A stretch of 64,000 nt of DNA from Promethearchaeota archaeon (GCA_016839765.1 JAEOTP010000043.1:1-64000); one strand, 5' to 3'. Positions 40,284 through 51,964 are shown, counted from the first letter of the stretch. A program made the numbers and translations. The notes: generated by a model not told the origin, from the letters alone.

Positions 40284-41243
40284 ATTTCGAGTTGGAATTA
40301 TATAGAAGTTCTACCAAAAAAAGAAATTTCTATTGAAGATGATAATTGTACCGAATGTGGTAAAAAAATCATAAAAAATTCTGATTCACTTTTGGTTTGT
40401 GAAGAGTGTGGCTTAGTCCATTCGGGAAATCATATTGATCGTGGTCCTGAATGGAGAGCATTTGATGCTGATCAGAAGAAAAAGAGAACTCGAACTGGAG
40501 CGCCAATGACTTATATGATTCATGATAAAGGTTTAAGCACAATGATTGATTGGAAAAACAGAGACATTTTTGGCAAGGAAATTCCCGCAAAATCAAGGGG
40601 ACAAATCTATAGATTACGCAAATGGCAAAGTAGAATAAGGGTATCCGATGCAACAGAGAGAAATCTGACTTTTGCACTAAGTGAATTAGATCGCATGGCT
40701 TCAAATTTAGATCTCCCTAAAAATCTTCGTGAGTGTTCCGCAAAAATATATAGGGATGCGGTCGATGCTCACCTCATAAGAGGACGAAGTATTGAGGGTG
40801 TAGCTGCAGCAAGTTTATATGCCGCTTGCAGAATGTATAAAATACCTAGAACATTGAATGAAATTGCCGAAGTTGCTCGGGTGGATAAAAAGGAGATAGG
40901 AAGATCTTTCCGTTTTATATCCAATGAATTGGTCCTTAATTTGAATCCAACTAAACCCCTCGATTTCCTTACCAGATTTATTTCTGAGCTAGAACTAACA
41001 CATGATTGTCAAAAAGCAGCTAAAATAATTATTAAAATAGCAGAAACTCGTGGGTTGACGTCAGGAAGAGGACCGACAGGAGTTTGTGCAGCAGCCATTT
41101 ATGCTGCAAGTATTTTGACCAAAGAAAGAAGGACACAAAGAAAAATTGCTAAGATTAGTCAGGTAACTGAAGTTACTGTCCGTAATCGATTCACAGAGCT
41201 TATAGAGAATTTAGATTTGGGCATCTCATTAAAAAAGAAATAA
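40284..41243 (+). CDS. tfb: Transcription initiation factor IIB (TFB)
   Basis: Zinc ribbon CTECG...CEECG, whose first CxxC lies upstream of the ORF-track start at 40392. Also GPEWRAF, HDKGLST and two cyclin repeats. Start uncertain; ATT at 40284 proposed. Confidence 0.93.
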   Translation: MSSWNYIEVLPKKEISIEDDNCTECGKKIIKNSDSLLVCEECGLVHSGNHIDRGPEWRAFDADQKKKRTRTGAPMTYMIHDKGLSTMIDWKNRDIFGKEIPAKSRGQIYRLRKWQSRIRVSDATERNLTFALSELDRMASNLDLPKNLRECSAKIYRDAVDAHLIRGRSIEGVAAASLYAACRMYKIPRTLNEIAEVARVDKKEIGRSFRFISNELVLNLNPTKPLDFLTRFISELELTHDCQKAAKIIIKIAETRGLTSGRGPTGVCAAAIYAASILTKERRTQRKIAKISQVTEVTVRNRFTELIENLDLGISLKKK

Positions 41244-41378
41244 ATTTCTATTTTTAATTTTCTTTTTTATTTTTCCACTTTAATAATAAAAAAAATGTTA
41301 TCCTAATAATACAACATTTAAAGATTCATTTCTATCACTTCTATCATATCAGTATGCATTATTGATAGGTCAGATTTT

Positions 41379-41729
41379 ATGAAGATGGAAAAGACAAAGT
41401 TAATAAACCAAACTGAAGTCAATTATTTTTTACATCGAGTAAAAAAACACTTTCCCAATTTTGTCGCCGGAGTTATTACAGACCGTAATGGTTTTCCAAT
41501 TGGTTCAAGTATCTCAAGTAGATTATGGGTACATGAAAATACATTAGCTTTAGGTGCAATATCAAAACATAAAGAAAAAATAATAAAAGATCCAAACCTA
41601 GTCCAATTAAAATTTGATATTGATAAGAATAAGAGATATAAACTATTTATATTATTAGAGAAAACTAAGAGCTATAAAGATGGAATTAAACCATTAAAAG
41701 AAATTATTAGATCGCAAGAATTATTCTAA
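41379..41729 (+). CDS. Roadblock-like hypothetical protein
   Basis: VAGVITDRNGFPIGS roadblock-type beta hairpin. Confidence 0.55.
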   Translation: MKMEKTKLINQTEVNYFLHRVKKHFPNFVAGVITDRNGFPIGSSISSRLWVHENTLALGAISKHKEKIIKDPNLVQLKFDIDKNKRYKLFILLEKTKSYKDGIKPLKEIIRSQELF

Positions 41730-41892
41730 TGCATTTAAGCCATTCTTGTTTTACTTTTTAGATTTTATTCGTAGCGTAAGACAGACCATTAATATGCGAA
41801 TTAAATTTTTATAGATGAAGCTATACTTAGTAAGTAAGAAAGATTGAATTTTATGTGATTTTTAAATAAATTCTTTATAATATATTCTGAGG

Positions 41893-42372
41893 TTGAGGCT
41901 ATTGAGTTATTCTCAAGATGAGGCATTATTAAAGAAAATAGTACATGATCTAATCAATAGCACGCCTGGATTAAAAAATGTTATTCTTATTGATGATACT
42001 GGAATAACAATAATGAGTGAGGCTAAATTTACGTTTTTAAATGAAGATGATATTTCTGTTGAGAAAATTGGGGCAATAGGAGGAGCAGTCTTTACAGCAG
42101 GAGAAGAACAAGGGCATATTTTAGGATATGGAGAGATAGACCTCCAATTTACGGAATATTACAAGGGTATGATATTCTCAGTTAAAGTTGGTAAAGGAAT
42201 TCTCTGTATCGCAACAGATAAAAATGTACAAATAGGATTTGTACGTGCAATTATGAAAAAATATGCTCCAAGAATAACAACAATTTTAAACCACTATCTT
42301 CAAGCAGATCAGGGTGAAATTAATAAAGAGTTAAAAGAATTATTTAGCTCAGATACCCTCGGTTTATTATAA
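41893..42372 (+). CDS. Roadblock/LC7 (MglB-like) protein
   Basis: LINSTPGLKNVILIDDTGITI, EKIGAIGG and QIGFVRAIMK motifs. Confidence 0.8.
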   Translation: MRLLSYSQDEALLKKIVHDLINSTPGLKNVILIDDTGITIMSEAKFTFLNEDDISVEKIGAIGGAVFTAGEEQGHILGYGEIDLQFTEYYKGMIFSVKVGKGILCIATDKNVQIGFVRAIMKKYAPRITTILNHYLQADQGEINKELKELFSSDTLGLL

Positions 42373-42587
42373 TATAATTTTGTTGCTTAAAACACTAACT
42401 CTTTTTTATCACGTAATGGATAACCCATAAAATCAAAAACCATTCTCGTGTTAGGCGAATCCTTAGCTCTCTAAAAATGAAATTTCCAATTATGATCTAG
42501 AAAAAAATTTATACAATCATGTCAATACTATAATTTGCAATAAAAAGTGTTAAAAAATTAGAAAAAGAAATCTATGGTGAGAAAAAT

Positions 42588-42881
42588 TTGGGCAAAGCGC
42601 TTGGTGTTGTGGCTTTAATTTGTAGTTTATCTGGAATATTTATTTTATATCTATTTTATATTGTATGTTATGGTTATTCTTCTGGTCCGACACAACAACA
42701 AATGATTATAATCTATATAGTACCCCCGCTTCCAATCGTAGCGATAATTTGTGGGGCAATTCAAATGTTGATAAAGGATGTGCCTGGCGACAGAAGCAAA
42801 ACTGCAATAGCAGGAATAGTGATTGGAACTGGAGCAATATTATTTTATGTATATCTTCTTTTAGTAATAATAACTACATAA
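42588..42881 (+). CDS. Small three-TM membrane protein
   Basis: GGTGA SD plus TTG start; hydrophobic helices; AIAGIVIG. Confidence 0.65.
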   Translation: MGKALGVVALICSLSGIFILYLFYIVCYGYSSGPTQQQMIIIYIVPPLPIVAIICGAIQMLIKDVPGDRSKTAIAGIVIGTGAILFYVYLLLVIITT

Positions 42882-43360
42882 ACAACATCATTAAAGCGTA
42901 AAGGATCCTCACTCGTTATGTTTCTATAATTTTAATTTTGAATCCAAAAAAAAGTAAGAGTAAGCATAGAATGTCGCCTGATACACTAACTCTTTTTTAT
43001 CATTTAATGGAAACACCATGAAAATCAAAAAAGCTCTCTCGTGAAAGGCAGTAATCTCTATGCCGTTTTGGGACATAATCATATCTGCAATTAGGGTTGC
43101 TGACTCGAACCTCATCGCATTGGAGTATACCTTTGCTTGGTTAAGAGCCCGTATTTTTTGCAGTTTAAATTATTGATTATTAAATTCAGGATGTTCGCAT
43201 TTTTTTGCACATATAATCATCATAGTCATATATGTCCTCGATAATGCAATTACTCCATCATTATTTTCCCAATAATATAATAAAACAATATAGCTAAAAA
43301 GTTTATATATTTTTTTTGATAAGGCTCAATATTTCATCATAAGAACCAAGAATTTGTTGA

Positions 43361-43400
43361 ACCTTAGGAAGGATTTAATAACCTTAGGAAGGATTTAATA
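43361..43400. repeat. Exact 20-nt tandem duplication ACCTTAGGAAGGATTTAATA x2
   Basis: Seen directly, just downstream of the cobN stop codon. Confidence 0.9.
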
Positions 43401-43417
43401 ATATTAAAATTTAATTT

Positions 43418-46400
43418 TTATTGATAAATTGTTTCAACCCAATTTTCTAACTCTAAATATAATTTTTTTAACTTATTGATCTGTTCTTCTGTTGCATCCC
43501 AGTAATTTCTATTTTCTGCTTGTAACATATTTCTAATTATATCCATCATTGCAAATCTATTATTTTCAATAAGTGCCTCTCGAATTTCCTCATTTTCTAC
43601 ATATTGTTGATAGCTTTTATCCCAAATCCAATTATCTACAGCATGAGCTGTTGCTGCGAGTCCTAAAACATTCTCAACACGTTCAGCGACTTTTTGACCA
43701 CCATGATATTTATGCTTCAGCAAGGATTTTATCCATTGAGGATTCAAGTTACGCGTAATTGCTCCTTCTTTTATACTTTTTTCCAGACGATCTACTTGAA
43801 TTTTTTTTCTTGAGGTGTCAGCAATATATACATTTGCTTTTTCACCACTAAGGTGTTCATGAGTTCTGGCTAAACCTCCTGTAAATTCATAATAATGGTC
43901 TAAATCTGTAATATGATATTCGCTTGAGTCTCTAATCTGACTCATTAAATTGATTTTACTTACTGTTTGAGAAAATGTTTTTGGGCTCTTTTTAACATTT
44001 TGATTTTTCATGTATGCAAAACTCATATTATTAATATAATCATCAACGAGTTCTTGTTCTTCTTTCCATTTTCCAGCAGAGATTATATTAGTAAGATTAG
44101 TATTGTATTTTCCTGGAGGAGGACCAAACACCCTTGCATTGGGAACCTCAACTTCCTGATTTTTAAGTTCTATATACGTTTTTTTAACAAAATTCTTGTC
44201 TAGAGGCTCATCTAATTCTGCTACAGTCTCAATTACGTGATTAATCAACTCTAATAAAAAAGGAAAAGTATCTCTAAATATTCCGCAAATTGTAATAAGA
44301 ACATTAATTCTTGGATGAGTCATTTCTTCTAAAGGAATTACTTCAAATTCAGTAGTCCAAATAGATTTATTTTTTATTGCTCTTACACCTAAATAATTAA
44401 AAATTTGACCTATTGTTTCGCCACCAGTTTTCATAGTCTCAAATGCCCATAAAACCACGCTAACTGTTTCAGGATATTTATTATTTTCATTATAATATTT
44501 TTTTAATAGTCTCTCTGCGATTATTGATCCTCTTTTATAAGCAGTGGTATTAGGGATTAATCTGGGATCAAAACCATAAGAATTTCTACCTGTTGGGAAG
44601 ATATGAGGTGAACGGATGGTATCTCCACCCAATCCTGGTTCAATATACCCTCCTTCTAACGCATGGACCAAATTTTCCATTTCCATAGAGTTATCCATTC
44701 TGTATATAAGATCAATGATCCAATTCACGAAAAATTTCTTTTCTTGATCGGTAATTTGAAAACTTAATACAAGAGAACTTGATATTCTATCTATATTAAA
44801 ATTATTTATGTTCGCGGAGGCGTTAATTTGATTTAATATTTGGTTAATAATACCATTAAGTTCATCTGACGCATTTTTTTTTTCTTTGAATAATTTTGAT
44901 ATAAATGTGTCGATTTCCTCTGGTTTTTCTACAGAATTTAATAGTATCATATTAATAATATCTTTTTTCTCCTGATCATTGTATTTTTTACCCAATATGT
45001 GTAAACCCATAGGAATTATCGATGTTTTATACCGATATAATATATCCTCTAATTCGGAAACACTATTATACTCTAATTCTAACTTTTCTGCTAAGTCTTT
45101 TATTTCTTTTTCTAAATCTTCAATTCTTTCGGATTTTACATGATCAGAAGAATTTTTAAGATTAAAATCGAATTCAGATTGGTATTCCTTTATCAATGTT
45201 TCTAAATTTTCTAATTCTTCATATAAATCAGAATTTTTGAATGATGGACCAGCATGATTAATAATTAATGCATTTCCCCTCCTTTTAGCAATTGCAGATT
45301 CACTGGTATTAGTAATATGATAATAATAGAGATTTGGAATATCCCCTAATAAATTCATAGGGTAATCCCATAAACCACCAGCACATTCCTTACCTGGTAA
45401 AAATTCTTCAGTTCCATGTGTTCCAATGTTTATAACAGCATCTACATCTAGTATTTTTTCAAGATATCTATAAAAGGCTATATATTGATGATGTGGTGGC
45501 AAATTTTTATCATGATATTCATTCGGATCTCCAGTAACAGTACTTCGGGATGGTTGTAAGCATAAATACAAATTATTTAACTTTATAATTGGTAGTTTTA
45601 TGTTTGAATTTTCGGTCATGATTTTACCAATGGGAGTACCCCAGAATTTATACGTATCATGCTTTAATTGCTCTGGCAAATCGGAAATTAAATTTAAATA
45701 GTTCTCTTTATCTAAGATAATTCCATTGAAGTTTGGAGCCTTAATGTGTTTTACTTTATTTACTGAGCCTCCTTCAATAAAAATATCAGCAAGGTTTTTA
45801 TCCTCAGGGATATTTTTTACATTATATCCTTCATTAGCGAATTGATTAATTAGATTGCGAACTGATTCAGATACATCTAAATAGGCTGCGTTTCCAATCT
45901 TATCTTCGCCAGGAGGATAATTATAAATAATTAGAGCAATAATTTTTTCTGAATTTAATTTAATTCTTAATTTTAACCACTTTCTAATTCTATTACATAC
46001 TAAAGATATATTTTCAGTTATAGGAGCAACTTCTAGTACATCTGAATGAATTTTTTCAGAATATCCCAGGTTTTTGATACATCCAACAGTGATCATCTCA
46101 AATCTACCATCAAGTTCAGGCATTACAATAGCAATAATTTGATTGATGGGGATAATTCCTTCTTTGGATTCTACATATTTTTCTAAAGGCATATCAAATT
46201 GAATAATTGGATTGAAATGAGGAACATCCATTTTTTTAAAAAGATCTAATGTAACAGAACCGTCTCCGCCAAAAGGACCTCCATTTAGTTGAAAATATTG
46301 AAGATTTATTACACCACTTACAATGCTTTTATTATTTTGCAAGAAAAACTTTTGATAGGCTTCCAAATTCGTTAATACATCTGAAAATACAGGAATAACA

Positions 46401-47227
46401 TTAAAATCTGTTAAATTCTTAATAAACTCTTCTACTATAGGGAGTGATTGCTCAAAATACAATCCGCCATAAAAAAATAAGCCAAGTGTTTGTTTTTGTA
46501 AATTAATAGGTTTAACTTTAAAATAATCTTCTAAATTACCAAAGTATCGATTCAAATTGATATCATAAATTCCAAATGAAGGAATTTTGAGAGGCTTTTG
46601 GACTTTTAGGTCTTTATACCCCATGTAATGTTTTAGTAAAAAAAGTATCATATTTTTATGATTTTCGGCCAAACCACCAAGACCGTAAACCCAATAATCC
46701 ATCATTAAACCCCAATATCTAGCATGTCTCAATACTTTAATAGGAAAAATTTTACCCATCGTTTTCATTAAATTAGTCATTTTTTGCCCGAATCTTACAC
46801 CATTAGTTATATCAGGGATTTCATCTATTCCGTATTCTGTTTGTTGAGGTGAAGGGATTCTTCGTGCAAAGAATGGGCCCATTTTGGTTAACCTCCTGAT
46901 TTCACTATTTCCTCCTACTAAAGCTATGATGGTTTTTGAGTTAAACAATTTAGGATTTTCATTTTCCATTTTTTTATAAGTATCCACTAATAGCTCAACT
47001 GTTGGACAATTCCCTCTAATATCAATCAGCATAATTCGTGATTCGTAAATTTCTTTTATGAATTCATCTTTAGTTGTTTTACCAGAATCAACATCATTTA
47101 AAAAATATACTTTAAAATCAAATTGCTTTCCAATTTCTCTATAAATCTGAGAAATACACTCTGTTAACCATTTTGTAAATACACTAGCTGAAATTAGTGT
47201 AATTTTAGGAATTTTTTTACTAATCAT
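43418..47227 (-). CDS. cobN: CobN/ChlH-family chelatase large subunit
   Basis: YNYPPG, LQPSR, PPHHQY, GTHGTEEFLPGK, AKRRG, PTGRN and LNPQWI motifs. Confidence 0.9.
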   Translation of the reverse strand: MISKKIPKITLISASVFTKWLTECISQIYREIGKQFDFKVYFLNDVDSGKTTKDEFIKEIYESRIMLIDIRGNCPTVELLVDTYKKMENENPKLFNSKTIIALVGGNSEIRRLTKMGPFFARRIPSPQQTEYGIDEIPDITNGVRFGQKMTNLMKTMGKIFPIKVLRHARYWGLMMDYWVYGLGGLAENHKNMILFLLKHYMGYKDLKVQKPLKIPSFGIYDINLNRYFGNLEDYFKVKPINLQKQTLGLFFYGGLYFEQSLPIVEEFIKNLTDFNVIPVFSDVLTNLEAYQKFFLQNNKSIVSGVINLQYFQLNGGPFGGDGSVTLDLFKKMDVPHFNPIIQFDMPLEKYVESKEGIIPINQIIAIVMPELDGRFEMITVGCIKNLGYSEKIHSDVLEVAPITENISLVCNRIRKWLKLRIKLNSEKIIALIIYNYPPGEDKIGNAAYLDVSESVRNLINQFANEGYNVKNIPEDKNLADIFIEGGSVNKVKHIKAPNFNGIILDKENYLNLISDLPEQLKHDTYKFWGTPIGKIMTENSNIKLPIIKLNNLYLCLQPSRSTVTGDPNEYHDKNLPPHHQYIAFYRYLEKILDVDAVINIGTHGTEEFLPGKECAGGLWDYPMNLLGDIPNLYYYHITNTSESAIAKRRGNALIINHAGPSFKNSDLYEELENLETLIKEYQSEFDFNLKNSSDHVKSERIEDLEKEIKDLAEKLELEYNSVSELEDILYRYKTSIIPMGLHILGKKYNDQEKKDIINMILLNSVEKPEEIDTFISKLFKEKKNASDELNGIINQILNQINASANINNFNIDRISSSLVLSFQITDQEKKFFVNWIIDLIYRMDNSMEMENLVHALEGGYIEPGLGGDTIRSPHIFPTGRNSYGFDPRLIPNTTAYKRGSIIAERLLKKYYNENNKYPETVSVVLWAFETMKTGGETIGQIFNYLGVRAIKNKSIWTTEFEVIPLEEMTHPRINVLITICGIFRDTFPFLLELINHVIETVAELDEPLDKNFVKKTYIELKNQEVEVPNARVFGPPPGKYNTNLTNIISAGKWKEEQELVDDYINNMSFAYMKNQNVKKSPKTFSQTVSKINLMSQIRDSSEYHITDLDHYYEFTGGLARTHEHLSGEKANVYIADTSRKKIQVDRLEKSIKEGAITRNLNPQWIKSLLKHKYHGGQKVAERVENVLGLAATAHAVDNWIWDKSYQQYVENEEIREALIENNRFAMMDIIRNMLQAENRNYWDATEEQINKLKKLYLELENWVETIYQ

Positions 47228-47251
47228 TTTTTTAAAATAAGAAATGTGATT

Positions 47252-49228
47252 TTATGATAAATCTTTAAGAATTCCTTCTATTGATAAAACTTGATTTAGA
47301 TTTCTTTCATTTAAATGATCTAGATGATGATAAATAGCATTAGCAGCTTCTGAAAGTTTTTTATTAATTTCTAATTTAACATCTGAATTTTCAGTATCTA
47401 TAATAATTATATTTATTTCATTATTTGCAATATATTCTCCAGTTTTAATAATATCTTCAATAGGATCATTGAAATATACATTACCTCTCGCATCAGTTAA
47501 AAGAATGATTAATGGTATATATCCAGTATTTTTACGATTTTCTTCGAGAGCAATATCTACTGCCTTCATTAATCCTGCAACCAATGGAGTTGTTCCTCCA
47601 GTTGGAACATCTTTTAATAACTTATATGCTAAATCCGTGCTCCTTGTCGGAGGTAATATGACTTCAGCTTTATCTTTTCTAAAGACTATAAGAGATACTT
47701 TATCCCTATAGACATAATTACTTTTTAGAATTGAAAATATTGTACCTTTAACAGATTTCATTCGCTCATTAGCCCCCATAGAGCCAGATGCGTCAACACA
47801 GAAAATAACTAAATAGCTAGATTTTCCTCTCCTTTTTTTAATATGAATATGATCTTCCTTAATTAGGAGATGCTCTCCATTTTGTACCAATAATTGATTT
47901 TCTGAGTCTAAGGCAGCACTATTTATAGTTTCATTAATGGCAATATCACTAGCTTTTGAAAAATCAAACTTACGAGGTTTTCTACCGCCTAAATATTTAG
48001 CTTTTGAATCTCTGGTAGGGTGAGTAACTCTCTGGCCTGAGACATTCAATAATGCCCTCCTTTTTTGATCTTTTATCAAATCTCCTGTTTTAATAGAGGT
48101 ATCTATCTCAAAAATTTCTTCCTGATTGTTGAAAATTTGTTTATCCTTAAGGGAATCTTCAAATGGTCCTTGATTTTCAGTGAAATCAGAAGTTTCCCGT
48201 TCATTGAATAAATCTTCAATATCTTCTTCATTTAAGGTTTGTTCTTCGAATGGAAGTCTTCTTAGCCTATGATTGAGGGCGAGTTTAGCTGCTTTTTTTA
48301 TGTCTTCTTCAATTACCTCATCTCTTCCTTCAAATGCTGCTAAAGTTTTAGCTGTACGAGTAATTGTTATATCTGCTCTATGACCATCTACTTGAAAGGC
48401 AATACAGATTTTTGCAATTTTTTTTAAAAAATTTTCAGAAATAACAACTTGATTTAAAAGCTTTTTAGCATTAATAATCTTGCTTCTTAATTTCTTTTGT
48501 TCTTTTTCAAACTTTTTTAAGAAATTATGAGGATTATTTTGAAATTCCTCAACATGTTTAACAATCTGAACACGCTTGTCAATATCTTTAATTCTTTCTA
48601 CATCAACACTTAATCCAAATCGGTCTAGTAACTGAGGTCTTAGATTTCCCTCTTCAGGATTCATTGTTCCAACTAAAATAAAATTAGAAGGATGATGAAA
48701 ACTAAGACCTTCACGCTCAATTATATTTAATCCCATAGCAGCACTATCTAAAAGAATATCAGCAACATTATCCGCTAAGAGGTTAACTTCATCAATATAA
48801 AGAATATTTCTATGAGCTTCAGCTAAAATTCCTGGTTCTAAAGATTTTAATCCCTCCTTTAATGCTCTCTTAATATCGATTGTACCTACAACCCTATCTT
48901 CAGTAGCATTTATAGGAAGAGTAATAACCCTCATCTTTTTACTATCGATATCATTTTGATTAATTTGATTGTTTTGGTATTTTTCTAGGCAAGAATGACA
49001 CATTTCTTTTTGATCGTAAGGATTGCAATTAAAAGTACAAGATTTGATATATTCTATTTCTGGTAATATATCAGCCAAAGCTCTAACTGCTGTTGATTTA
49101 GCTGTTCCTTTCATTCCACGTATCAATACTCCTCCAATTTTTGGATTTACCGCATTTAAAGTTAGTGTTAATTTCATTAAATCTTGACCAATTATCGCGG
49201 TAAAAGGATAAACAATTTTATGAGTCAT
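47252..49228 (-). CDS. chlD: ChlD/BchD-type chelatase subunit (AAA+ plus vWA)
   Basis: [27 protein letters not shown] and GTMNPEEG motifs; v[15 protein letters not shown] and LLTDAR. Confidence 0.88.
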   Translation of the reverse strand: MTHKIVYPFTAIIGQDLMKLTLTLNAVNPKIGGVLIRGMKGTAKSTAVRALADILPEIEYIKSCTFNCNPYDQKEMCHSCLEKYQNNQINQNDIDSKKMRVITLPINATEDRVVGTIDIKRALKEGLKSLEPGILAEAHRNILYIDEVNLLADNVADILLDSAAMGLNIIEREGLSFHHPSNFILVGTMNPEEGNLRPQLLDRFGLSVDVERIKDIDKRVQIVKHVEEFQNNPHNFLKKFEKEQKKLRSKIINAKKLLNQVVISENFLKKIAKICIAFQVDGHRADITITRTAKTLAAFEGRDEVIEEDIKKAAKLALNHRLRRLPFEEQTLNEEDIEDLFNERETSDFTENQGPFEDSLKDKQIFNNQEEIFEIDTSIKTGDLIKDQKRRALLNVSGQRVTHPTRDSKAKYLGGRKPRKFDFSKASDIAINETINSAALDSENQLLVQNGEHLLIKEDHIHIKKRRGKSSYLVIFCVDASGSMGANERMKSVKGTIFSILKSNYVYRDKVSLIVFRKDKAEVILPPTRSTDLAYKLLKDVPTGGTTPLVAGLMKAVDIALEENRKNTGYIPLIILLTDARGNVYFNDPIEDIIKTGEYIANNEINIIIIDTENSDVKLEINKKLSEAANAIYHHLDHLNERNLNQVLSIEGILKDLS

Positions 49229-49416
49229 ATTAAAAATTAATTTAATTATTTTTAGAATTCATACTAAATTATAATTTTTTCATATCGAATAAGTTTTTAA
49301 AAAATTTAAGAATTTCTTTTTTAAATTATATAGAAGTAGGTGCGAATATTTTTCAAATAAATCTTAAGCGAGGCTGGAAAAAATATCAAAAGTAAGAGAG
49401 AAAAAAAATAAATTTT

Positions 49417-50961
49417 CTACTTTTTAAATTTATTAAAAGCTTTTATACCTATTACGAGTATTATAGTAGAATATAGCGTTAATAGACCCAGATTCAATAA
49501 TGTATCTGGATGACTTAAAGGAAGCCCATTCAGCAGTAGATTTTGTAAAGCAACAACAGCAAATCTAGTGGGAAGCCAAGCAGCTATAGCCTTCATAGTT
49601 TCGCCAAAAAGCTCAATAGGTACGAAAATACCACTAACCATTGCTAATGGAATTATAATTATCCATACGCCTCCACCTGCAGAATCAGGATCTTTAAATA
49701 CAGGTGCTAATGCTAAAGCTAGAGCCAATAATAAGAAGGAAAATAAGAACATAGTTAAAATAATCCCTAAGATACCGTCAAGCAACGAATACATGATAGG
49801 ACTCCACCCAAATAAACCCAGGATTAAGGCTCCAATTCCAAATTGCATAAAAATCAGAATAATATTTGAAGCAATATTTGAAATTATTATTTCCCAGTTA
49901 GTCACTTCTGTTGAGGCAAGACGCTTATATATCCCATCTTTTTTTTCTCCAGTAAGAATCACAAGTGCAAATGAAAGAATTGTCATTGGACCATAAAGTA
50001 GATATCCTGGAGCTGAAAACGTGATGTTATTTACAACTTGTCCAACAGTGCTTTTTTTCCCATGTGGCAATTCAATTTCTAATGGATTATTGTTAATGAT
50101 GCTTGATAACACTTGTACGAAAATATTTTCGATTGTAGCTTGTACAGCTGGAGATACTGTTTGAAGAAAATAGATTTCAAAACTTAGCGTGGAAAAAGGA
50201 GTTGAATTAGGAATCATGTAATTATATTTTAAAGGGATAGTAATGTTTGAAGTGGCGTTTAATATATGAAAATAATTATTTGCTAATGACAGAAACGTAC
50301 CAATTATGTAATAATTTTTTGAGAGTGAGGTACCATTACGGAATAAATAACTCATATTAACGTCCCACGAACCATCTAAGCCTTTTAAGAAATTTTGGTT
50401 AATTATTAGCATTCCATCGTAGTTATAATTGTTAAAGTCCGATAAAATGTTATTTCCTTCAGTTTTATTATAGTATGTGAATTTAAATAAATGGGAAGTA
50501 GTTGAAACTAAAGATATGTAAAAATCCAATATTGAAAAATTTGCTGAGGTAGATGTATCATTGTTCCAAAAAGCTATATTCACAAAAGATCGATTTTCAA
50601 GATATGATTCGTAACCTTCAGGAAAATAAAGATATGCTGTAATAGTTCCTTCTAAAGCTGCTTGTTTGGCTTCTTCTAAAGATGAATAATTAACTAAATT
50701 TATTCCGTTTATCTCATCAGTAACTTCATAGATATAACTCAAATTAAATTGTGGGTGTATGCCATAATTTGCATTAGTAGTATCATCATCAATCCAACCA
50801 ATATTATAGGTTGTAGTTGTATCACTGAAATCTATGCCTCCAAAAATCAATCCTAATAATAAATAATATATAACGGGTATTAATATTAAAAATCCAAGAG
50901 TTTTTGGATTTCTAATAAATCTCATAAGATTTTTTTTAATAAGTACTATTAATCTTGACAT
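49417..50961 (-). CDS. ABC-2 type exporter permease
   Basis: N-terminal TM, large extracellular loop, EKKDGIYKRL and SGIFVP motifs. Confidence 0.88.
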   Translation of the reverse strand: MSRLIVLIKKNLMRFIRNPKTLGFLILIPVIYYLLLGLIFGGIDFSDTTTTYNIGWIDDDTTNANYGIHPQFNLSYIYEVTDEINGINLVNYSSLEEAKQAALEGTITAYLYFPEGYESYLENRSFVNIAFWNNDTSTSANFSILDFYISLVSTTSHLFKFTYYNKTEGNNILSDFNNYNYDGMLIINQNFLKGLDGSWDVNMSYLFRNGTSLSKNYYIIGTFLSLANNYFHILNATSNITIPLKYNYMIPNSTPFSTLSFEIYFLQTVSPAVQATIENIFVQVLSSIINNNPLEIELPHGKKSTVGQVVNNITFSAPGYLLYGPMTILSFALVILTGEKKDGIYKRLASTEVTNWEIIISNIASNIILIFMQFGIGALILGLFGWSPIMYSLLDGILGIILTMFLFSFLLLALALALAPVFKDPDSAGGGVWIIIIPLAMVSGIFVPIELFGETMKAIAAWLPTRFAVVALQNLLLNGLPLSHPDTLLNLGLLTLYSTIILVIGIKAFNKFKK

Positions 50962-50977
50962 TTCTTGATCCCTCCCG

Positions 50978-51964
50978 TTACTCCCTTAAAGATCTTCCTG
51001 TTAATGCTAAAAATACATTTTCTAGACTATTTCTCTGAATACCAACATCAACAACTTGTAATCCGTTATGCGTAAAATTTTTTATAATTTTACCTATTTT
51101 TCCAACTCCGTCCATTGCACTTACTCTTGTCTCCATTTCTTCTTCAAGGTAAAATGCATCTAGGACATACTCATTATTCTTTACTTCTTCAATGGATTTT
51201 AGAAGCTTTTCTCTTGTTCCTTCAATTTTTAGAAATAACATATCCCCTTTACCTATTGTCTCTTTTAAGTGTTCTGGGGTACCCTCAGCAATGATCTTTC
51301 CATAATCAATTATCGCTAATCTATCTGAAAGTATATCTGCTTCGTCCATATAGTGAGTCGTTAAAAATATTGTCTTATCACGTTTTTTCAATTCAAAGAT
51401 ATAATCCCACATTAACCTTCTCGTTTGAGGATCTAATCCTGCTGTAGGTTCATCAAGAAATAGGATGCTAGGATCATGAACTAATCCAATAATTAAATTT
51501 AACCTTCTTTTCATGCCACCACTTAATTTTCGAGCTTTAGTTTTACGTTTTTCCTCCAATCCAACTTTATTAATTAGATTATTGGCTCTTTGCTTAAGAA
51601 TTGACGAATTAACCGTATACATTTTTCCGAAGAACATTAGATTTTCATATACAGTAAGTTCTTCATAAAAAATGTTTTCTTGTGGTGCTATTCCTATAAG
51701 TTTTTTTACTTCTGTTGCTTCTTTTACAACGTCAAAATTATTTACTCTACCTTCTCCGCTTGTCGGTTTTAGGTAACAAGAAAGAATATTAATAGTTGTT
51801 GTTTTTCCGGCACCATTAGGTCCTAAGAATCCAAAGCATTCTCCCCTGTTTATTTTAAAAGAAATCTCATCTACTGCCTTTACATCTCCAAAATATTTCT
51901 TTAAGTCTTTAACCTCAATTGCAACATCATTGTTATTTACTTTTTCAAGTTTTGCAGATTCCAT
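50978..51964 (-). CDS. ABC exporter ATP-binding protein (DrrA-like)
   Basis: GPNGAGKTT, LSGGMKRR, LDEPTAGLDP and TTHYMDEA motifs. Confidence 0.95.
   Translation of the reverse strand: MESAKLEKVNNNDVAIEVKDLKKYFGDVKAVDEISFKINRGECFGFLGPNGAGKTTTINILSCYLKPTSGEGRVNNFDVVKEATEVKKLIGIAPQENIFYEELTVYENLMFFGKMYTVNSSILKQRANNLINKVGLEEKRKTKARKLSGGMKRRLNLIIGLVHDPSILFLDEPTAGLDPQTRRLMWDYIFELKKRDKTIFLTTHYMDEADILSDRLAIIDYGKIIAEGTPEHLKETIGKGDMLFLKIEGTREKLLKSIEEVKNNEYVLDAFYLEEEMETRVSAMDGVGKIGKIIKNFTHNGLQVVDVGIQRNSLENVFLALTGRSLRE

Noticed and set aside
43093-43150. tRNA-like sequence containing GGTTCGAGTC
   Set aside because: Only about 58 nt, with no proper anticodon arm or T-stem; not called as a tRNA.
43200-43270. 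Fluoride-riboswitch-like GATGGAGT on the minus strand
   Set aside because: The pseudoknot partner (ACUCC) is not at the required distance, and no fluoride-related gene follows.
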